NCBI RefSeq assembly: GCF_000315625.1
Contig: NW_005434656.1
Location: 696,645-760,644, forward strand
Direction: 5' to 3'
Length of the DNA stretch: 64,000 nucleotides
DNA from: Guillardia theta CCMP2712
Taxonomy: Eukaryota; Protista; Cryptophyta
Part shown: in pieces, positions 52,066-64,000 of the stretch
Position numbering within the stretch: position 1 is the first letter of the stretch
Layout: every line of letters starts with the position of its first letter
The notes under the pieces: model-generated
Told to the model about the DNA's origin: nothing
Databases searched by the model: none
The model's input: only the letters and a program-made list of their open reading frames with translations
Position numbers and translations under genes: made by a program

Positions 52066-55000
52066 TCAAGTCTGGTTTGATTCCAGAAAAGCCGATCGGA
52101 TCAATTCAATGATCTTTTTAGACGGAGGAGGAGGAACAAGGTAAAGAGGGCACTTGGGAGGCTTGTCTTGCATGTCTAGCACGGATTGGTGGATTTTATC
52201 CCTGCGAACTGTCAGATGTTCGTTTCTGAGCATTGACTTTTGCGTCTCGATCATGAAGCGATACTGGAAAAGCAGAAATGTCAGGAAAACAAACCGGAAA
52301 GAAGAAAGTCTCCTCACCTCTTCTCGCGTCAACCACAAGTTGAAAGCGTCTCTCCATCTATCCTTGTCCACCAGCAGCTGCCGTCGCAAGCTCGTGGCGA
52401 ACGCCCTCAGTTTCTTGAGCTTGATGTCCGGGGAGATGTAGAGAGTCTTCGACGTTCCTCCTGTCGAGCTCGAAGCGTGAGAAGCTTTCGGTGCGAACTT
52501 CTTGAGAGCCTCGTCCACGTGCTTGTCCCACAGGTCAAACAGCTTCGCGTCATGCAGGGCAGCAAAGTTGCGATATTGACGGAAAGCTCTCTGAATCTTG
52601 ACCACCTTTCTCCTGTACTGCCTGAACACAAAGCGAGCCGTCTTCATGGTGCGCTGAACGTCAAGGAGGAAGGAGTGGATGACAGGGATGGATTCTTTCT
52701 TCCTCTTCAGCCTCCGCTCCAACTTGAACTTGCTGTAAAACTTTGCAATCGAGGTAGCCGCAATGTCGTACTTGACCGTCAGGCGCTTTCCGAGGTGTTT
52801 GCGATACCTGCGCTGAATGCTGATGGCAGCAGCGCTCCACAGCATCAGGTCACTTCTGACCCGCCTTACAAGGTCGACGAGCCTCTTCCACGTCGACGCT
52901 CTTGACACGAGCGCGACGTTCAGGAGCCACATGGCCGACAGCCTCGTCAGCTTCGCATGCGCGATGGCTGCCCTGACGCTGTGCAGCCTCTTCTCGTCGT
53001 TAATCTCCTTGCGATTGATGGCGATGTTGGTCCGCTCTATCCTCTTGAGATCCTTCTCAGAATTCTCCTGCTTGGTCGCCGTCATGGCCTCCTTCAGCCT
53101 CTCCGTCTTCTCCATCTTCTCCTCCCTCCTCCTCACATCCAGCCAAGGATCTTTCACCAGCTGGCGGTTGAGCATGATCTTCTCAGAGAACTCCGGGTGT
53201 CCGTTGACTTGCAACTTGTGTTCTCTGATCTTCATCTTCAACGTGCGATGCAGCCGGGGATCTTCCTTGATCTCGTCGATCTTCTTCTGCAAGTTCTTCA
53301 GCTTGCTCAGCCCCATCACTCTGTGCGGATTCTCCTCCTCCTCCGTCGCCTTCCTGACCCTCCGCACTGAGGAGACCCGCTGCCTGCTCTCCAGCAAGCG
53401 CGCTCTCGTCTTCAACCTGAGCAAGGAAGGAAGCACGTCTTCCGGTTTAGGACCGTACGCCCATGACGTCTCGTCCTCGTAGCATGGGGTCACCTTGCCC
53501 TTCTCAATCCTCTCAACAAAAATCTGCATAGCAGCAGACGTGTAGTCTGAGTGCACCTGCATGTGCCTGTGCCTTGGATCGTCCACCGCATCGTCGGCAT
53601 CGTCGGCATCGTCATCTTGCATGTAATGGAGAGCACTGCTGGAGATCCGCGCCTTGATGTCTGTTATGCTGTCCTCGGGCAGCGAGAGCGACAGCTCCCT
53701 CATGGGCATTTCGAGGACATGGCTCTTCCCTGTGGCAAACACGACAAAGCCGTCGGTCAACTCCTCCTCTGGCTCTACCGCATGCCCGAAGAAGGTGCCG
53801 GGGGAGACGGAAGCAAGAGGAGCATCGTGGAAGTTCTTCTTGGTCACCTTGAACTCTCCGTCCAGCAAGAAAACAACAGAGTCTGACGGCAGCGAATGGT
53901 TGTAGACTTGATCTTGACACTCGTGACTGCGTCGCGTGCAGGTCCTGGCGAGCTTGTCGAAGAGGAAGTACGACAGGTGCTTGAAGCAGTTCTTGAAAGT
54001 CTCGTGCTCCCTGATAGCGCTGATGTGATCCTCCGCCTCGATTCTTCTCGCCATCTCCCTCGCCTTGCTAGGAAACCAGACAAGAGCTGATCTCTTTACA
54101 GCCACCATCTTGAACTCCTTGAGGTAAGCCTCTTCTCCCAGCACCTTGGGATCCAGAACGTCTCCCTCCTCCAGCATGTCTGGCACCCAGCTTCTCTGCC
54201 TCTTGCTAACCTCCTCCTCTCTGTCCCTCACGGATCGCAGAAGCCCTTTCCGCACAACGAGGATCGTTGAAGATGACTCTCTGCCAAACTCAAGTTCTTC
54301 TCCTGCCTCAGCGATGGTTTCTGACGCTCGCCGCGCCAGGAAGAGCGACGCCTCGAGCGTGCTGGGACAGAGTTCGTTGGACTCCAACCAGAAGAAATGT
54401 CTGATCCAGCTCACCTCTTTCTCCGAGTGCTTGTAGGTGCTACTTGCAGGCGGTTGTTTGCCTTTCACGTTGATTGATACAAGGCTTGACAGACTTGGTA
54501 TCTTCCGCAGACATTTCTGATCAATGACAAACAGCCTTACTGACCCTTTACATATCGAAGTGTACGGCATGGAACTGAACAGGAAAAATTCTATTTGCCC
54601 AAAACAATCACCTTGCTTCACTTCTGCGATTTCTTTCCCAAAAGACTTCAAAAAGAAATCATACCCCCTTAATGAACTCATGAAATCATGCTGTACACGA
54701 GAATTCCTTTCAAACAACATCACACTCCCTTCGTCGACTAAATGTATCGCATGCGCGTCTTCGCCCCCGCATGTAATCACATCTTTATCTGCAAAGTGAC
54801 GCTCTGTGACAAATGGCAGGATGCTCAACATCATCTTCTCCGACAGACCTCGAAACAAAGGCACTTGAGCAAGACAATCAAGAGTCGACTGCTGGTCCTT
54901 GAAACTCATCTCCGACGGCTCAGAGTCGCCGGAGTCAAAATGGACCCAATCGCTCTCATCCCAAACTGCCAAAACTGCCGGAGTGTTGCATGAGACGTGC

Positions 55001-56949
55001 ACCTGGTCGGGAAAGAAACGCCCGAGAGGAAGAGCCTGCTGGAAGAAGTCTTCCTGCAAGATCACCTGACCCTCGAGAAGCAGGCTGTACTTGTCGACTT
55101 GCACCTCGGGTCCTGATAACGAGCGCAACACAGCGCGTTGAGACAGCAACCACAAGCTCTCAGCAGGGACATCACCAAGTGCCTGGGCCAGGAGGTTGAA
55201 AATGAGCAGCATCAACGCGGGGTTCGTTTGTTTCTTGCTCCTGCAAAGTCTCTCCAACCGCTCGCTGCAGCATACCCCTGCTATCCGCAGCAGCGCTTCA
55301 CGGTCTATCTGCATCAAATGCGTAGCGACCAAGGTCCGGTAGATGTGCCTTGAACCTACCATGCCGAACATGCTGGAGGGTCCCAACAAGTTCAAACATC
55401 GACCCTCCACCGGAACATCGCACTTCAAACAAACTTGCTCGCTCCTTTCGATGCACGCGATCATCCCCGAGCAAATGATCGAAACCTTGTCCGAGGCGTG
55501 CAGGACCTGCTCCCCAGCTTCCACTGTGTGCAAAGAAGCACACTCGGCAATCAGCTCAAGAAACTCATCGTCGGATTGCTTGAAAAGATGGCAAGCAAAG
55601 TTCTTGAAGAACACCATCAACGTTGATGTCTGCCTACCCTCTGTGGGGCCTCGAAGAATGCTTCCATGGAGGCTGAAGGAGTAGCCAGCTGCGCTGCCGT
55701 GCCATTGCTCGATGATCATCTCAAGGGACCTCCGGTCTATAGTCAGAGTCAGTCCTGTCTGCGTCCGACATATCATGGTGGAATGCTTTTTGTGGCTGGC
55801 CAGCAGGTCGACTTCGCCCAACCACTCCCCAGGCCCTCTGATTCCGATCTGATTCCCAAAGCTGACGTTGGGGCCGAAGGACCTTGACTTCAAAGTGTCG
55901 TACAAGGCCAGGTCCGGCTTCTTGTTCTGATGGTGGAGAGTGAAAACTCCTGAGAGGATGAGATGCCCGCAGTTCTTGTCCGCTGGTTCGTTCTGAACTC
56001 CTACCACGTCCGATTCACTCCACCGCTGCAGTCGCCCATGCATACAAAGGAACTGAAGAAACTTTCGGCTCATCAGCGAGCTACTTGGAAAATTCTGCAG
56101 GATCTCTTCGGTTACAAGGTCAATGTCTGTCAGACCTCTGTCCGGCATTTGCTCCTGCATCACCTCCAACAAGTGCTCCGACGGGTTGTAGCTTGATGGG
56201 CGCTTTTCCTCGAAATGGCGAATCTTAACAGAGATGCAGGTCTTGAATCCTTTCTGCGACCTCGAGTCGTCCTTCATCTTGAACTCAAACTGTCCTTCAA
56301 GTGAAGTGATGCGAAAGAATTCTGTGAGGGTGAAATAAATCTCCTCGGACTTGTCGTCAATGTCTGGGAAAGCTCTTCTTCCGCTCTCTTCGTCGACTCT
56401 CAGCTGAAACATCCCGATCTCACTCAAGAAATCCTTTTCTTTGAGCATCAGGGAGAATTTCAAACTCGTCTCTGCGTTCCCGGGCAGAATGTCAAGCTGT
56501 AAAGTTTGGTGCCAGGCAGGATTCCTCGTACAGTCCACCTCTCTTGTTGACACCTTGCGACTCCCACAGGATACTGCGACGAAGACATTCCAGTTGCGCT
56601 TTTCTTTGTATGAGCTGGGGCAGAACACGTTGCTACCATCCTGAATCTGGATCTCGACCCTGGAGTCTTCTTGGAGATCTTTGACGAGCGCGTCTTCAAA
56701 TCCATGAGCCAAGGGTCTGTCGTGGTCAGGCGAAACTGACGCGGTCAACTCAGATACCCTGGGGTCTCGGAACTCGCTCGGAGTGCCAATGTAGTCACGA
56801 GATCCGCTCAGTTGCTGGAGGAAACTTCCTGGAGGAGCAGAAGAGGACCGGAAGTGATACAAGCGCTCGCTCGATGCGCTGGGTTGCGGGGCGACTGGTG
56901 TTCTGGACCTGGTCGACGACCCTACAGCGTTGCTCTTCGATTTCCTCAT
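52066..56949 (-). CDS. About 1600-aa protein with C2-like region, several cyclic nucleotide-binding (CAP_ED-like) domains and IQ motifs
   Basis: NPAWHQT (C2-like); GPGEWLGE, QVPLFRGLSE...QGDCFGQ, PGTFFG; AAISIQRRYRKH, VVKIQRAFRQY. Confidence 0.8.
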   Translation of the reverse strand: MRKSKSNAVGSSTRSRTPVAPQPSASSERLYHFRSSSAPPGSFLQQLSGSRDYIGTPSEFRDPRVSELTASVSPDHDRPLAHGFEDALVKDLQEDSRVEIQIQDGSNVFCPSSYKEKRNWNVFVAVSCGSRKVSTREVDCTRNPAWHQTLQLDILPGNAETSLKFSLMLKEKDFLSEIGMFQLRVDEESGRRAFPDIDDKSEEIYFTLTEFFRITSLEGQFEFKMKDDSRSQKGFKTCISVKIRHFEEKRPSSYNPSEHLLEVMQEQMPDRGLTDIDLVTEEILQNFPSSSLMSRKFLQFLCMHGRLQRWSESDVVGVQNEPADKNCGHLILSGVFTLHHQNKKPDLALYDTLKSRSFGPNVSFGNQIGIRGPGEWLGEVDLLASHKKHSTMICRTQTGLTLTIDRRSLEMIIEQWHGSAAGYSFSLHGSILRGPTEGRQTSTLMVFFKNFACHLFKQSDDEFLELIAECASLHTVEAGEQVLHASDKVSIICSGMIACIERSEQVCLKCDVPVEGRCLNLLGPSSMFGMVGSRHIYRTLVATHLMQIDREALLRIAGVCCSERLERLCRSKKQTNPALMLLIFNLLAQALGDVPAESLWLLSQRAVLRSLSGPEVQVDKYSLLLEGQVILQEDFFQQALPLGRFFPDQVHVSCNTPAVLAVWDESDWVHFDSGDSEPSEMSFKDQQSTLDCLAQVPLFRGLSEKMMLSILPFVTERHFADKDVITCGGEDAHAIHLVDEGSVMLFERNSRVQHDFMSSLRGYDFFLKSFGKEIAEVKQGDCFGQIEFFLFSSMPYTSICKGSVRLFVIDQKCLRKIPSLSSLVSINVKGKQPPASSTYKHSEKEVSWIRHFFWLESNELCPSTLEASLFLARRASETIAEAGEELEFGRESSSTILVVRKGLLRSVRDREEEVSKRQRSWVPDMLEEGDVLDPKVLGEEAYLKEFKMVAVKRSALVWFPSKAREMARRIEAEDHISAIREHETFKNCFKHLSYFLFDKLARTCTRRSHECQDQVYNHSLPSDSVVFLLDGEFKVTKKNFHDAPLASVSPGTFFGHAVEPEEELTDGFVVFATGKSHVLEMPMRELSLSLPEDSITDIKARISSSALHYMQDDDADDADDAVDDPRHRHMQVHSDYTSAAMQIFVERIEKGKVTPCYEDETSWAYGPKPEDVLPSLLRLKTRARLLESRQRVSSVRRVRKATEEEENPHRVMGLSKLKNLQKKIDEIKEDPRLHRTLKMKIREHKLQVNGHPEFSEKIMLNRQLVKDPWLDVRRREEKMEKTERLKEAMTATKQENSEKDLKRIERTNIAINRKEINDEKRLHSVRAAIAHAKLTRLSAMWLLNVALVSRASTWKRLVDLVRRVRSDLMLWSAAAISIQRRYRKHLGKRLTVKYDIAATSIAKFYSKFKLERRLKRKKESIPVIHSFLLDVQRTMKTARFVFRQYRRKVVKIQRAFRQYRNFAALHDAKLFDLWDKHVDEALKKFAPKASHASSSTGGTSKTLYISPDIKLKKLRAFATSLRRQLLVDKDRWRDAFNLWLTREEVRRLSSFRFVFLTFLLFQYRFMIETQKSMLRNEHLTVRRDKIHQSVLDMQDKPPKCPLYLVPPPPSKKIIELIRSAFLESNQT

Positions 56950-58103
56950 GATAGGTCAGATGAGCTGTCTCTATAGACCTGCACTCCTCGAAGCCTCGGC
57001 TGAGTTGCTTGCTGGCTGCCTACCGCCAGCCGTCGCATTTGGCAGGACCGGATCTTGTTCGCCCTCATTGTCTGGCCATCCCGACCCGGTAGCCCGTCAC
57101 CCTACCCAATCAAGATCCTGTGAACGCCGGTCAGAAGGAGGGGTCGGGGGTATCGATCAGGGGCACGTCAGTTAATGGGGAACGGTAGTGTAGCAGAAGG
57201 GACTCATCATTCCAAAGGGGCTAAATTTCGCAATATGGCTTGAAAAATCTTTGGATAATTCGAATTTATGATGAATTGATCCATCGAATTTTTCTTTTGG
57301 CATTTCAGATTTTCAGCACCGAACCTACTTGAACTCTCCTCTGCCATTTCAGACTTTCTTATCACAAAATTTCAACTTAAAACGATTTCGTTCGTACTAT
57401 ATTATTTTTACGTGGACCACTTCTTTCAAAGTTTGTATACAATCACTTTTACTACAGCGCCCTTCATACAAAAGCCCCGTGCGGTACAGATCATAATTGT
57501 AATACGGTACAGATAATAATTATACCGGAATCGTCCTTGGTACATTTTTTCTACATTCCGATCGACTTCTGTCAAGATATTCCTAGTAATAGTAATTGTT
57601 TTGGTACAAATATTTGGAATATAATATTCATTGCTGGTACTGTCCTTCTCCCGTACAAGGAGCCGCGGGCTTAGAAAAGTGCCTCTACGATTGGAAAGTC
57701 GGTGGGTGGGGTAGTTCATGCAAAGTACAATAGTAGGTACTTTGACAGATTAAAGAAGGGGTGCTATGAATTTGTAAACGCAATGCACGGGTGGGGTGGT
57801 ACAGAAGGTCCGGCCAGGTTGGCGCCTTTTTTTGTTGAGGCGGCGATCATGGCGGTGAGGTGGGAGATGTGTGATAGTCGAAGGCAAGCGCTGAGCTGAG
57901 GAGAACGATTTTCTTGCATGATAACACGTGAAGACAACGTGTCAAGCTGAATCTCCGCCCAAGATCGTCCCAATCGAGATTCGTTGAAGTGTCAGGCGAT
58001 TGGTGTGTCGCCAACTTTGTTTTGGAATTCGGCTGGTAGCTCGGCGTCAGTCTGACACTTGTTGTCACAAAGAGCAGCTCTGTAAGCAATCATTCTTCAA
58101 ACC

Positions 58104-59608
58104 ATGGAAGAGACTTTCAATCCTCAGGCTGGTGGCTGGTCTGAGGCTACGTTGCTATCTGCATGGGAAGAGCTGCGCCGCATTGTATCAGAACACTGCC
58201 ACCCTCCACAGCAGAGGGACAAGGCGCTCAAGCTCATAGAAACCGTGATGACAGAAGAGAGAAGGAGGAATGCATCCGTAGTTGACAGAGGCATCCAGAA
58301 GGCTTTTGGAGGGGTGAATGGCTCAAATCCTTTTGGACTCGACTCTGTCTTGTCCAAGGACAACAGGGAGTGGGGTGGGAAAAATGTTCTTGGGGTGTGG
58401 GGGAATGCTTCATCGCAAAACCAGATCTTAGCTTCCTCGCTTCTAAATAAGTGGGGTGGGTCTGTCAATGAGAATGAATGGCAGTTCGGGCTGGGTAATA
58501 TCGCATTGGATGGGGATGACGCAGCTGACATGAAAAGGCTGAACATCGACAGTGGCCCGTCCGAATTTGTGCGATGGAACTCCGGATCTGGTGGAGGTCT
58601 GGATCTGGGTGAGCGACCCATCAATGCTGAATTTGGACCATCGTTTCTGAATGCTGCGACTGGAAATCAGATAGATTTTCCCTTCCCGCAGGTACAACAG
58701 CCAGTAATCCCCTCTTCAATCAACGTTCCTGAACAGCAACAAACTCCCTCGATCATAATGCAAGGGGGCGGTGAGACTCAGAAGAATGGACAGAGTGGAA
58801 TACAATTCATGTTCAATCAGCAAATGAATCCAGTACAGCTGCACATGCAACAACAACTTCAATCCAATGCAACTTCTTCTGGATCAAGCAATGTCGGAGG
58901 AATCTCTCTTGCAAACATTCAGCAAGAAGAAGAACAGCAGAAAGTACCAAATTCTCAAGGAAAATTTCCGACAAATTCTGTGGGCCCTACTGTTACTGTA
59001 CGGAATCCGGTAATCAAATTGCATAAAATCTTCTGTTTTCGATTCTTTTACGATCGACTGTTTACTAAACACCATGTCACAGAACAACTCTGCTGGGGAA
59101 AATGGTACCAAGAGGAGCATGGAAGTTCCAAAGCGAAGCGAAGATGCTCGTGTGGACCCGAAAAGAACAACAGAAACCACCAAAACAACCACCAAAACTG
59201 AAGGGAAACGAACTGAACCAAAGGTTTCAATTTGATGTCCTTGGTATGCAAGGGAGGTCACATATGCAATTTCAGGGGAAAGGGGCCACCACAAAGGTCA
59301 AACTTCGGGGCTTGCCTTATGGAGCAACGACTGCAGATGTTCTGAATTTCTTCAAGGGACTTGGGGTCCTTGAAGAAAGCATCACGTTTGGCATCAACTC
59401 TGTAAGGCATTATAGTGCAAAAAATTCACTTCTGACGCAAAATTTGCAGGAGGGAAGACCAAGTGGAGAAGCTTGGGTATCCTTCAACAGGATTGAAGAT
59501 GCAAGAAAGGCGGTACGTGAGAAGGACAGGCACCACATGGGCGATCGATACGTGGAGCTCTTCCTCCTGAATGAATGTGGCGGAGTCGCCAGTCGTGCTC
59601 TCAAGTGA
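58104..59608 (+). CDS. hnRNP F/H-type qRRM RNA-binding protein with Q/N-rich low-complexity N-terminus
   Basis: VKLRGLPYGATTADVLNFF...GRPSGEAWVSF...DRHHMGDRYVELF; three canonical introns. Confidence 0.85.
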
Positions 59609-61093
59609 AGGACGGCAGAAGATCGTGGGGCAATGGTACTTCGAAGACCATGTGATTTTCTTGTCGTTCGTTCTATTCTATTGGGGGGGGGGGGGGGGGG
59701 GGGGTCCCCCGCGCGCTCCAAAAAGGTTGCCGAGGATGTGGGAGATGAACAAGTGTGTGGGAAGGTTGAAAACTTATCTAAGGTTGGTGAAAATTGTTTG
59801 GTCAAGAATACTCTCACAGTGTAAGTCATCGTGCATGGAAGTCGTGGATAAAAGAACAGCGAGTGAAGTTGAATCATTTCAAAATCCAGTGAAATTCATT
59901 GGAGCTTCTTCAAGACTGGGAAAATTTCTCGCTATGGTTGGTTGTGCTCAGACTTTCAAGAATATCTTGATGTCCATGTGTTCGTGGAATGAAATGTTAT
60001 AAGCAATACTTCTCATGAGTTGAGGAGGTGGTGGATTGATAAGGGGAAGGCTGCGTGGGAGGAGGGAGGAAGAGAGCGCAAGCTAAGGGAGGGCAGGAAT
60101 GAAGAATGCGGGCCATAGGAGGTGCAACGGTTAACCTTTGGATGCCCATCCTATCAATCCATGTCTGCTTGCTGGCCGTTGATCCATGAGGTGGACGGTC
60201 TTTACCTGTCGTTACATCCGCCTGTCCTGGCTTGCTCGTATGACCTTTTTTTTCCCTGCTTTGAAAAGGATGGCAGAGGGCCCGGTGATCGATGACGAGC
60301 TAGGCGCATGCATCGCAGAGAGACTGTCATGGCGCTCAGTCGCTCCTCCTCCTCCTCTCCCTGACCGCTGGACAGCTCAACCTTGCCTCCAGCCCGGGGC
60401 TGTGAATCGAATCGTCGCGCGAGCAAACGAGCACGCGGGGGCCCTAGGACTAGTCGTGTCATGGGACCAGCCCTTTGCTGTTCGCAGTGCGGCGAATATG
60501 CGTGACGAGGAAGGTGGGAGAAGAGGGAGGAGGGAGGGAGGTGGGAGGAAGGTGGGAGGGGGATGGAGGGGGAGGAGGGAGGAGGGTGGGAGGAAGGGGG
60601 AAGCATGGGGAGGAGGGAGGAGGGAGGAGGGTCTCGTTGAAAATGATGTGCATCAGGCCACAAACAGGATGACGAGGAGTATAGTCAGCCAAGGATCTGC
60701 GAGGGGGATTGGTAGGTGAATCCTTGCTGGGTGATGACAACTCAAGCTGATCGCTAGGCTACTGAGCATCGGAGATATCGATGTGAATGCAGACAGGGCG
60801 AACAAGAGTGAGCTCGTCAACAGACTTGTTATGTATCACATTCACACTAGAATACAACCACGTTGCCCTCACATCCATACTCGCAGGCATGGGGAGCAGG
60901 GCGAACGAGTCAGACTCGTCATGCAGCGAACTGACAAGACGGTCTTACTGCATGTCCGTAGAGCCAACGCGTGCGTGACTTCCTCTGCTAGATCTACTCT
61001 GTCACCTTGAGGCGCCATTATGCCGCTCCTGGGGAGCCGCGCATTGACATCCTGCGGTGCTAAAGCAGGAGGAAGAAACGAGCTGCAGGCATT

Positions 61094-64000
61094 CTAGGGT
61101 TGCCACAGCCATCGATAGATGGGGAGAGCAGAGGACGAGATGCGAATCTCATCGAGAAACCCGCGGAAGAAGCCGAAGGAGCGGCCGACGTCACCGCATG
61201 CTCCCACTCTCCACCTGCTGATCATGTCATGACTTCATCTCTGACTAACTTACTGAGGTCACAGCACCTGATGTTGGGCTGCGATGTGAACAAGTCGCTG
61301 CTGCATGCTGCGAGCTCGGCGTCTGCCCTCCACGAGCCCGTGTCGCGATCGAAGACGAAGATCTTGCACGTTCCTTGGGTCCGGTCCCCGACGATGGTTA
61401 CCTTCCACCATCTTCCTTCATGCAGCTCCGTGGAGCCAGCTAGCGAGAGGAGGTCGAGGGACGCGGTCGTCCATGAGAGTACAATCCTCCTTGACATGCT
61501 CAACTGAACCCGCAGCCCCGGGTGATCCCCTGAGAAATCGAGCAGGCACGAGTCCCAGCCCTGAGGTTCATCAACCCGCAAGCTGAACTCGATGGTGAAG
61601 GAGGAGACGTTGATGAGGTTGAGGGAGGAGGCAGGAGAGGGAGACAGGAAGTTGACCCCGGGGAAGAAGGCAGAGGCCCTGGTGCCTGCGCAGAGAACGG
61701 CGAACTTCTCCTCTGGGGGGACTTCACCGGAGTAGACAGGGGCGAGGCTCCCTCCGCCTCCCTGAGCATAGAGATCGTTGCGAGGGGATGCGACCCCGCT
61801 CTCCCGGTACCACTCGTCCTGCAGCCCGACGGGCGATGCTGCGTTGATCTCGATTGCTATTGCGCCTCCTCTCCCTCCCTCCCCCTCGAACCTCCAGTAG
61901 GCGAGAACGTCGGTTATCGACCGTGCAGAGCAGGAGCAGTGTACCCCGTCCCCGGTCCATCCAGCCTGGCACTTGCCCTGGTAGTTTCGCAGCCCCACGG
62001 ATATCCGAGATGGAGGGCGCTGGACGTGACCATTGCGCCCGACGCAGGTGCCGGAGAAGGAGGAGGGAGGGCAGGAGGAGCGGTAGAGCTCCACCCTTAG
62101 AGCCGCCTCGTTCTCCCACGAGACCGGGAAGATGCGGAGGAAGCGAGCGGAGAGAGGAGAAGGGAAGGAAATCAGGCGGACACTGTCTGCGTCCTCGTTG
62201 CCTTGGAAGAGGGTCCCCTGCCCTGTCTCCTCGTCTCCTACCAACATCCAGTCGACCCCCGTCGTGCTGCTGCGCACCAAGAACGACTTGACCCAGCCCT
62301 CGTTGCTGCCGTTGACGCCCCACCTCCCTCCCTGCAGGCCAACAGCGACCAAACTGTCTTCCAGCTGATGGAGCTCGACCTCGAGATAGGCCTCGGCGTC
62401 TTCCAGCTGTGGTCGCCATGCTCCTCTCTCGAAGTTCGCGTCGGGTGCCTGGTAGAGCCGCCCGTAATCGGCTGAGAAGTTCGAGCTGACGCTGCTGCTG
62501 GATCGCAGCTGGCGGGATAGGAAGAGGTTCCGGTTGCTGACCCCCAGGGCCTCGGGGCTCCCCCCGTACATGCATCCTCCCTCCTGAGATGCCCTGCTGT
62601 ACTTGGACACCTCGTCCTTGCACCAGTCAGAGCAGCTCTTCCAGCCGTCTTGACATGCCGCGGTCCTCTCCACCCCCGAGAAGAAAAACCCGGCCGTCTC
62701 TCTCCCTGCTGCGCAGACGTTCAGCTGCATCTCCTCGTCCCACATCCCTCCTCCGTGCTTGTCGCCAAAGTCGTACATCCTCCACAAGTACCTCCCGTAC
62801 ACGTCGCCCGCCACTCCTCCTCGCAGACTAGCCTCCTCCCATCCTGCTGCCGTCCAAGATCCTCCCATGACGGTCGTCGGTGAGCGGCTGACGGCCCTGT
62901 AGACGGTGATGACGTCACCTCCATCCTGGAAGTTGGAAGACAAGACGCCCTGCTCAAGGTGCTGGACGTAGAGGACCTCTGAGAAAGGATAGTTCCTGCA
63001 GTCCGCTCGGTAGCCTGCAAGGTAGTGAGAGAGAAGAGGGAGGGAACGTGAGAAGGGAAGGCGAGTGAGAGGAAGGAGAAGGTTGAAGAGAAACGCGGAG
63101 GGAAAGGTGAACAGACATTGTGGAGCGAGAAGGGGAGAAGGAGAGGGCGTCGGAGGAAGGGTGAGTTGGCGAGAGAAGGAAGAAGAGAGGAGAGAGGAGA
63201 GAGGAGAGAGGAGAGAGGAGAGAGGAGAGAGGAGAGAGGAGAGAGGAGCGCGGAGAGAGGAGAGCGGAGAGGAGAGAGGAGAGAGGAGAGAGGAGAGAGG
63301 AGAGAGGAGAGAGGAGAGAGGAGAGAAGAGAGAGGAGAGAGGAGAGAGGAGAGAAGAGAAGAGAGAGGAGAGAGGAGAGAGGAGAGGAGAGGAGAGAGGA
63401 GAGGAGAGAGGAGAGAGGAGAGAGAAGAGAGGAGAAAGGAGAGAGGAGAGAGGAGAGGAGGGGCTACCATCAGTCCCGTAAGGGAGTGAGAGGTCGAAAG
63501 CGAACTCGTTCACAAGATCGACACGCTCAGTTGTTGTGAAGCACATCAGCCATCCCCCTCCCATGGTCTGCATGTCGCAGTAGCCGACGTGCTCCTTGGT
63601 GTGGTTGACGAAGCCGTCTTCATTCTGCGGCAGCAGCCAGTAGAGGCCCGACTGGTTATATCCTCTCTCCAGCAGCTCCAGGCAGGATGAAGCTGCAGGA
63701 TCAAGTGAGGAAGGGGCGAGGTATAGGAGGAGAATGGAGGAGGGAGGGAGAGAGGGAAGAGGAAGAGGAGGGGGAGGAGGGAGAGGAGGAAAAGGGAGGA
63801 GGGAGAGGAGGAGGGAGAGAAGGGAGAGGAGAGGAGGCGGGCAGGAGAGTCAAAGAGGCAAACACGGAGAAGAAATTGAGGAGGGGGAGAGGACGGACAC
63901 AAGAGAGGAGCAGGCCGGAGGGCTGGGAGGACGAGGGATGGACAGCAGACAAGGCTGATACAAACTGCCGTCCAGGAACCAACCAGGAGCGTGATCGATG
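61094..64000 (-). CDS. Extracellular-type protein with F5/8C (discoidin), EGF-like and LamG/concanavalin-like domains (5' partial)
   Basis: GAWRP...LQG...WVKSF...FQGNED...ARFLRIFPVSW...ALRVELY; CQAGWTGDGVHC; LAYWRFEG...FTIEF...FRGFLDEIRIS. Confidence 0.8.
63185..63460. repeat. Degenerate (GAGAGGA)n intronic repeat
   Basis: Purine-only array inside an intron of the terminal gene. Confidence 0.9.

Noticed and set aside
59880-61050. Possible orphan multi-exon gene on the minus strand
   Set aside because: Splice-like signals exist but no unique reading frame could be fixed.

Overview
This is intron-rich, gene-dense eukaryotic nuclear DNA. Most introns are 45-55 nt with CTGAC-like branch points, microsatellites are abundant, and there are four 100-N gaps. 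The style suggests a cryptophyte alga such as Guillardia (inference only). Splicing by eye gives about 20 genes. They include a TPR-like presequence protein, cytochrome P450, glyoxalase II, DRC8/EFCAB2, a CFAP44 3' end and a hidden 90-aa four-exon ORF. They also include head-to-head IMPDH and GMP synthase, an aquaporin, a polycystin-type channel, an SK-like K+ channel, a kinesin, PDX1, a tandem E2/UEV enzyme, a multi-cNMP-binding/IQ protein, a qRRM protein and a discoidin/LamG protein. Two results stand out. (1) A selenoprotein N homolog has an in-frame UGA (WGALDDSSC-U-GTGR) and a textbook SECIS right after its stop codon; the ORF track splits this gene. (2) A membrane receptor joins a CHASE sensor domain to a cytoplasmic RelA/SpoT-like nucleotidyltransferase. 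It lies between two ion-channel genes and about 7 kb from the guanine-nucleotide synthesis pair, making it a candidate receptor-driven alarmone-like signalling system. Exon boundaries were read manually and family calls come from remembered motifs; no searches were run.
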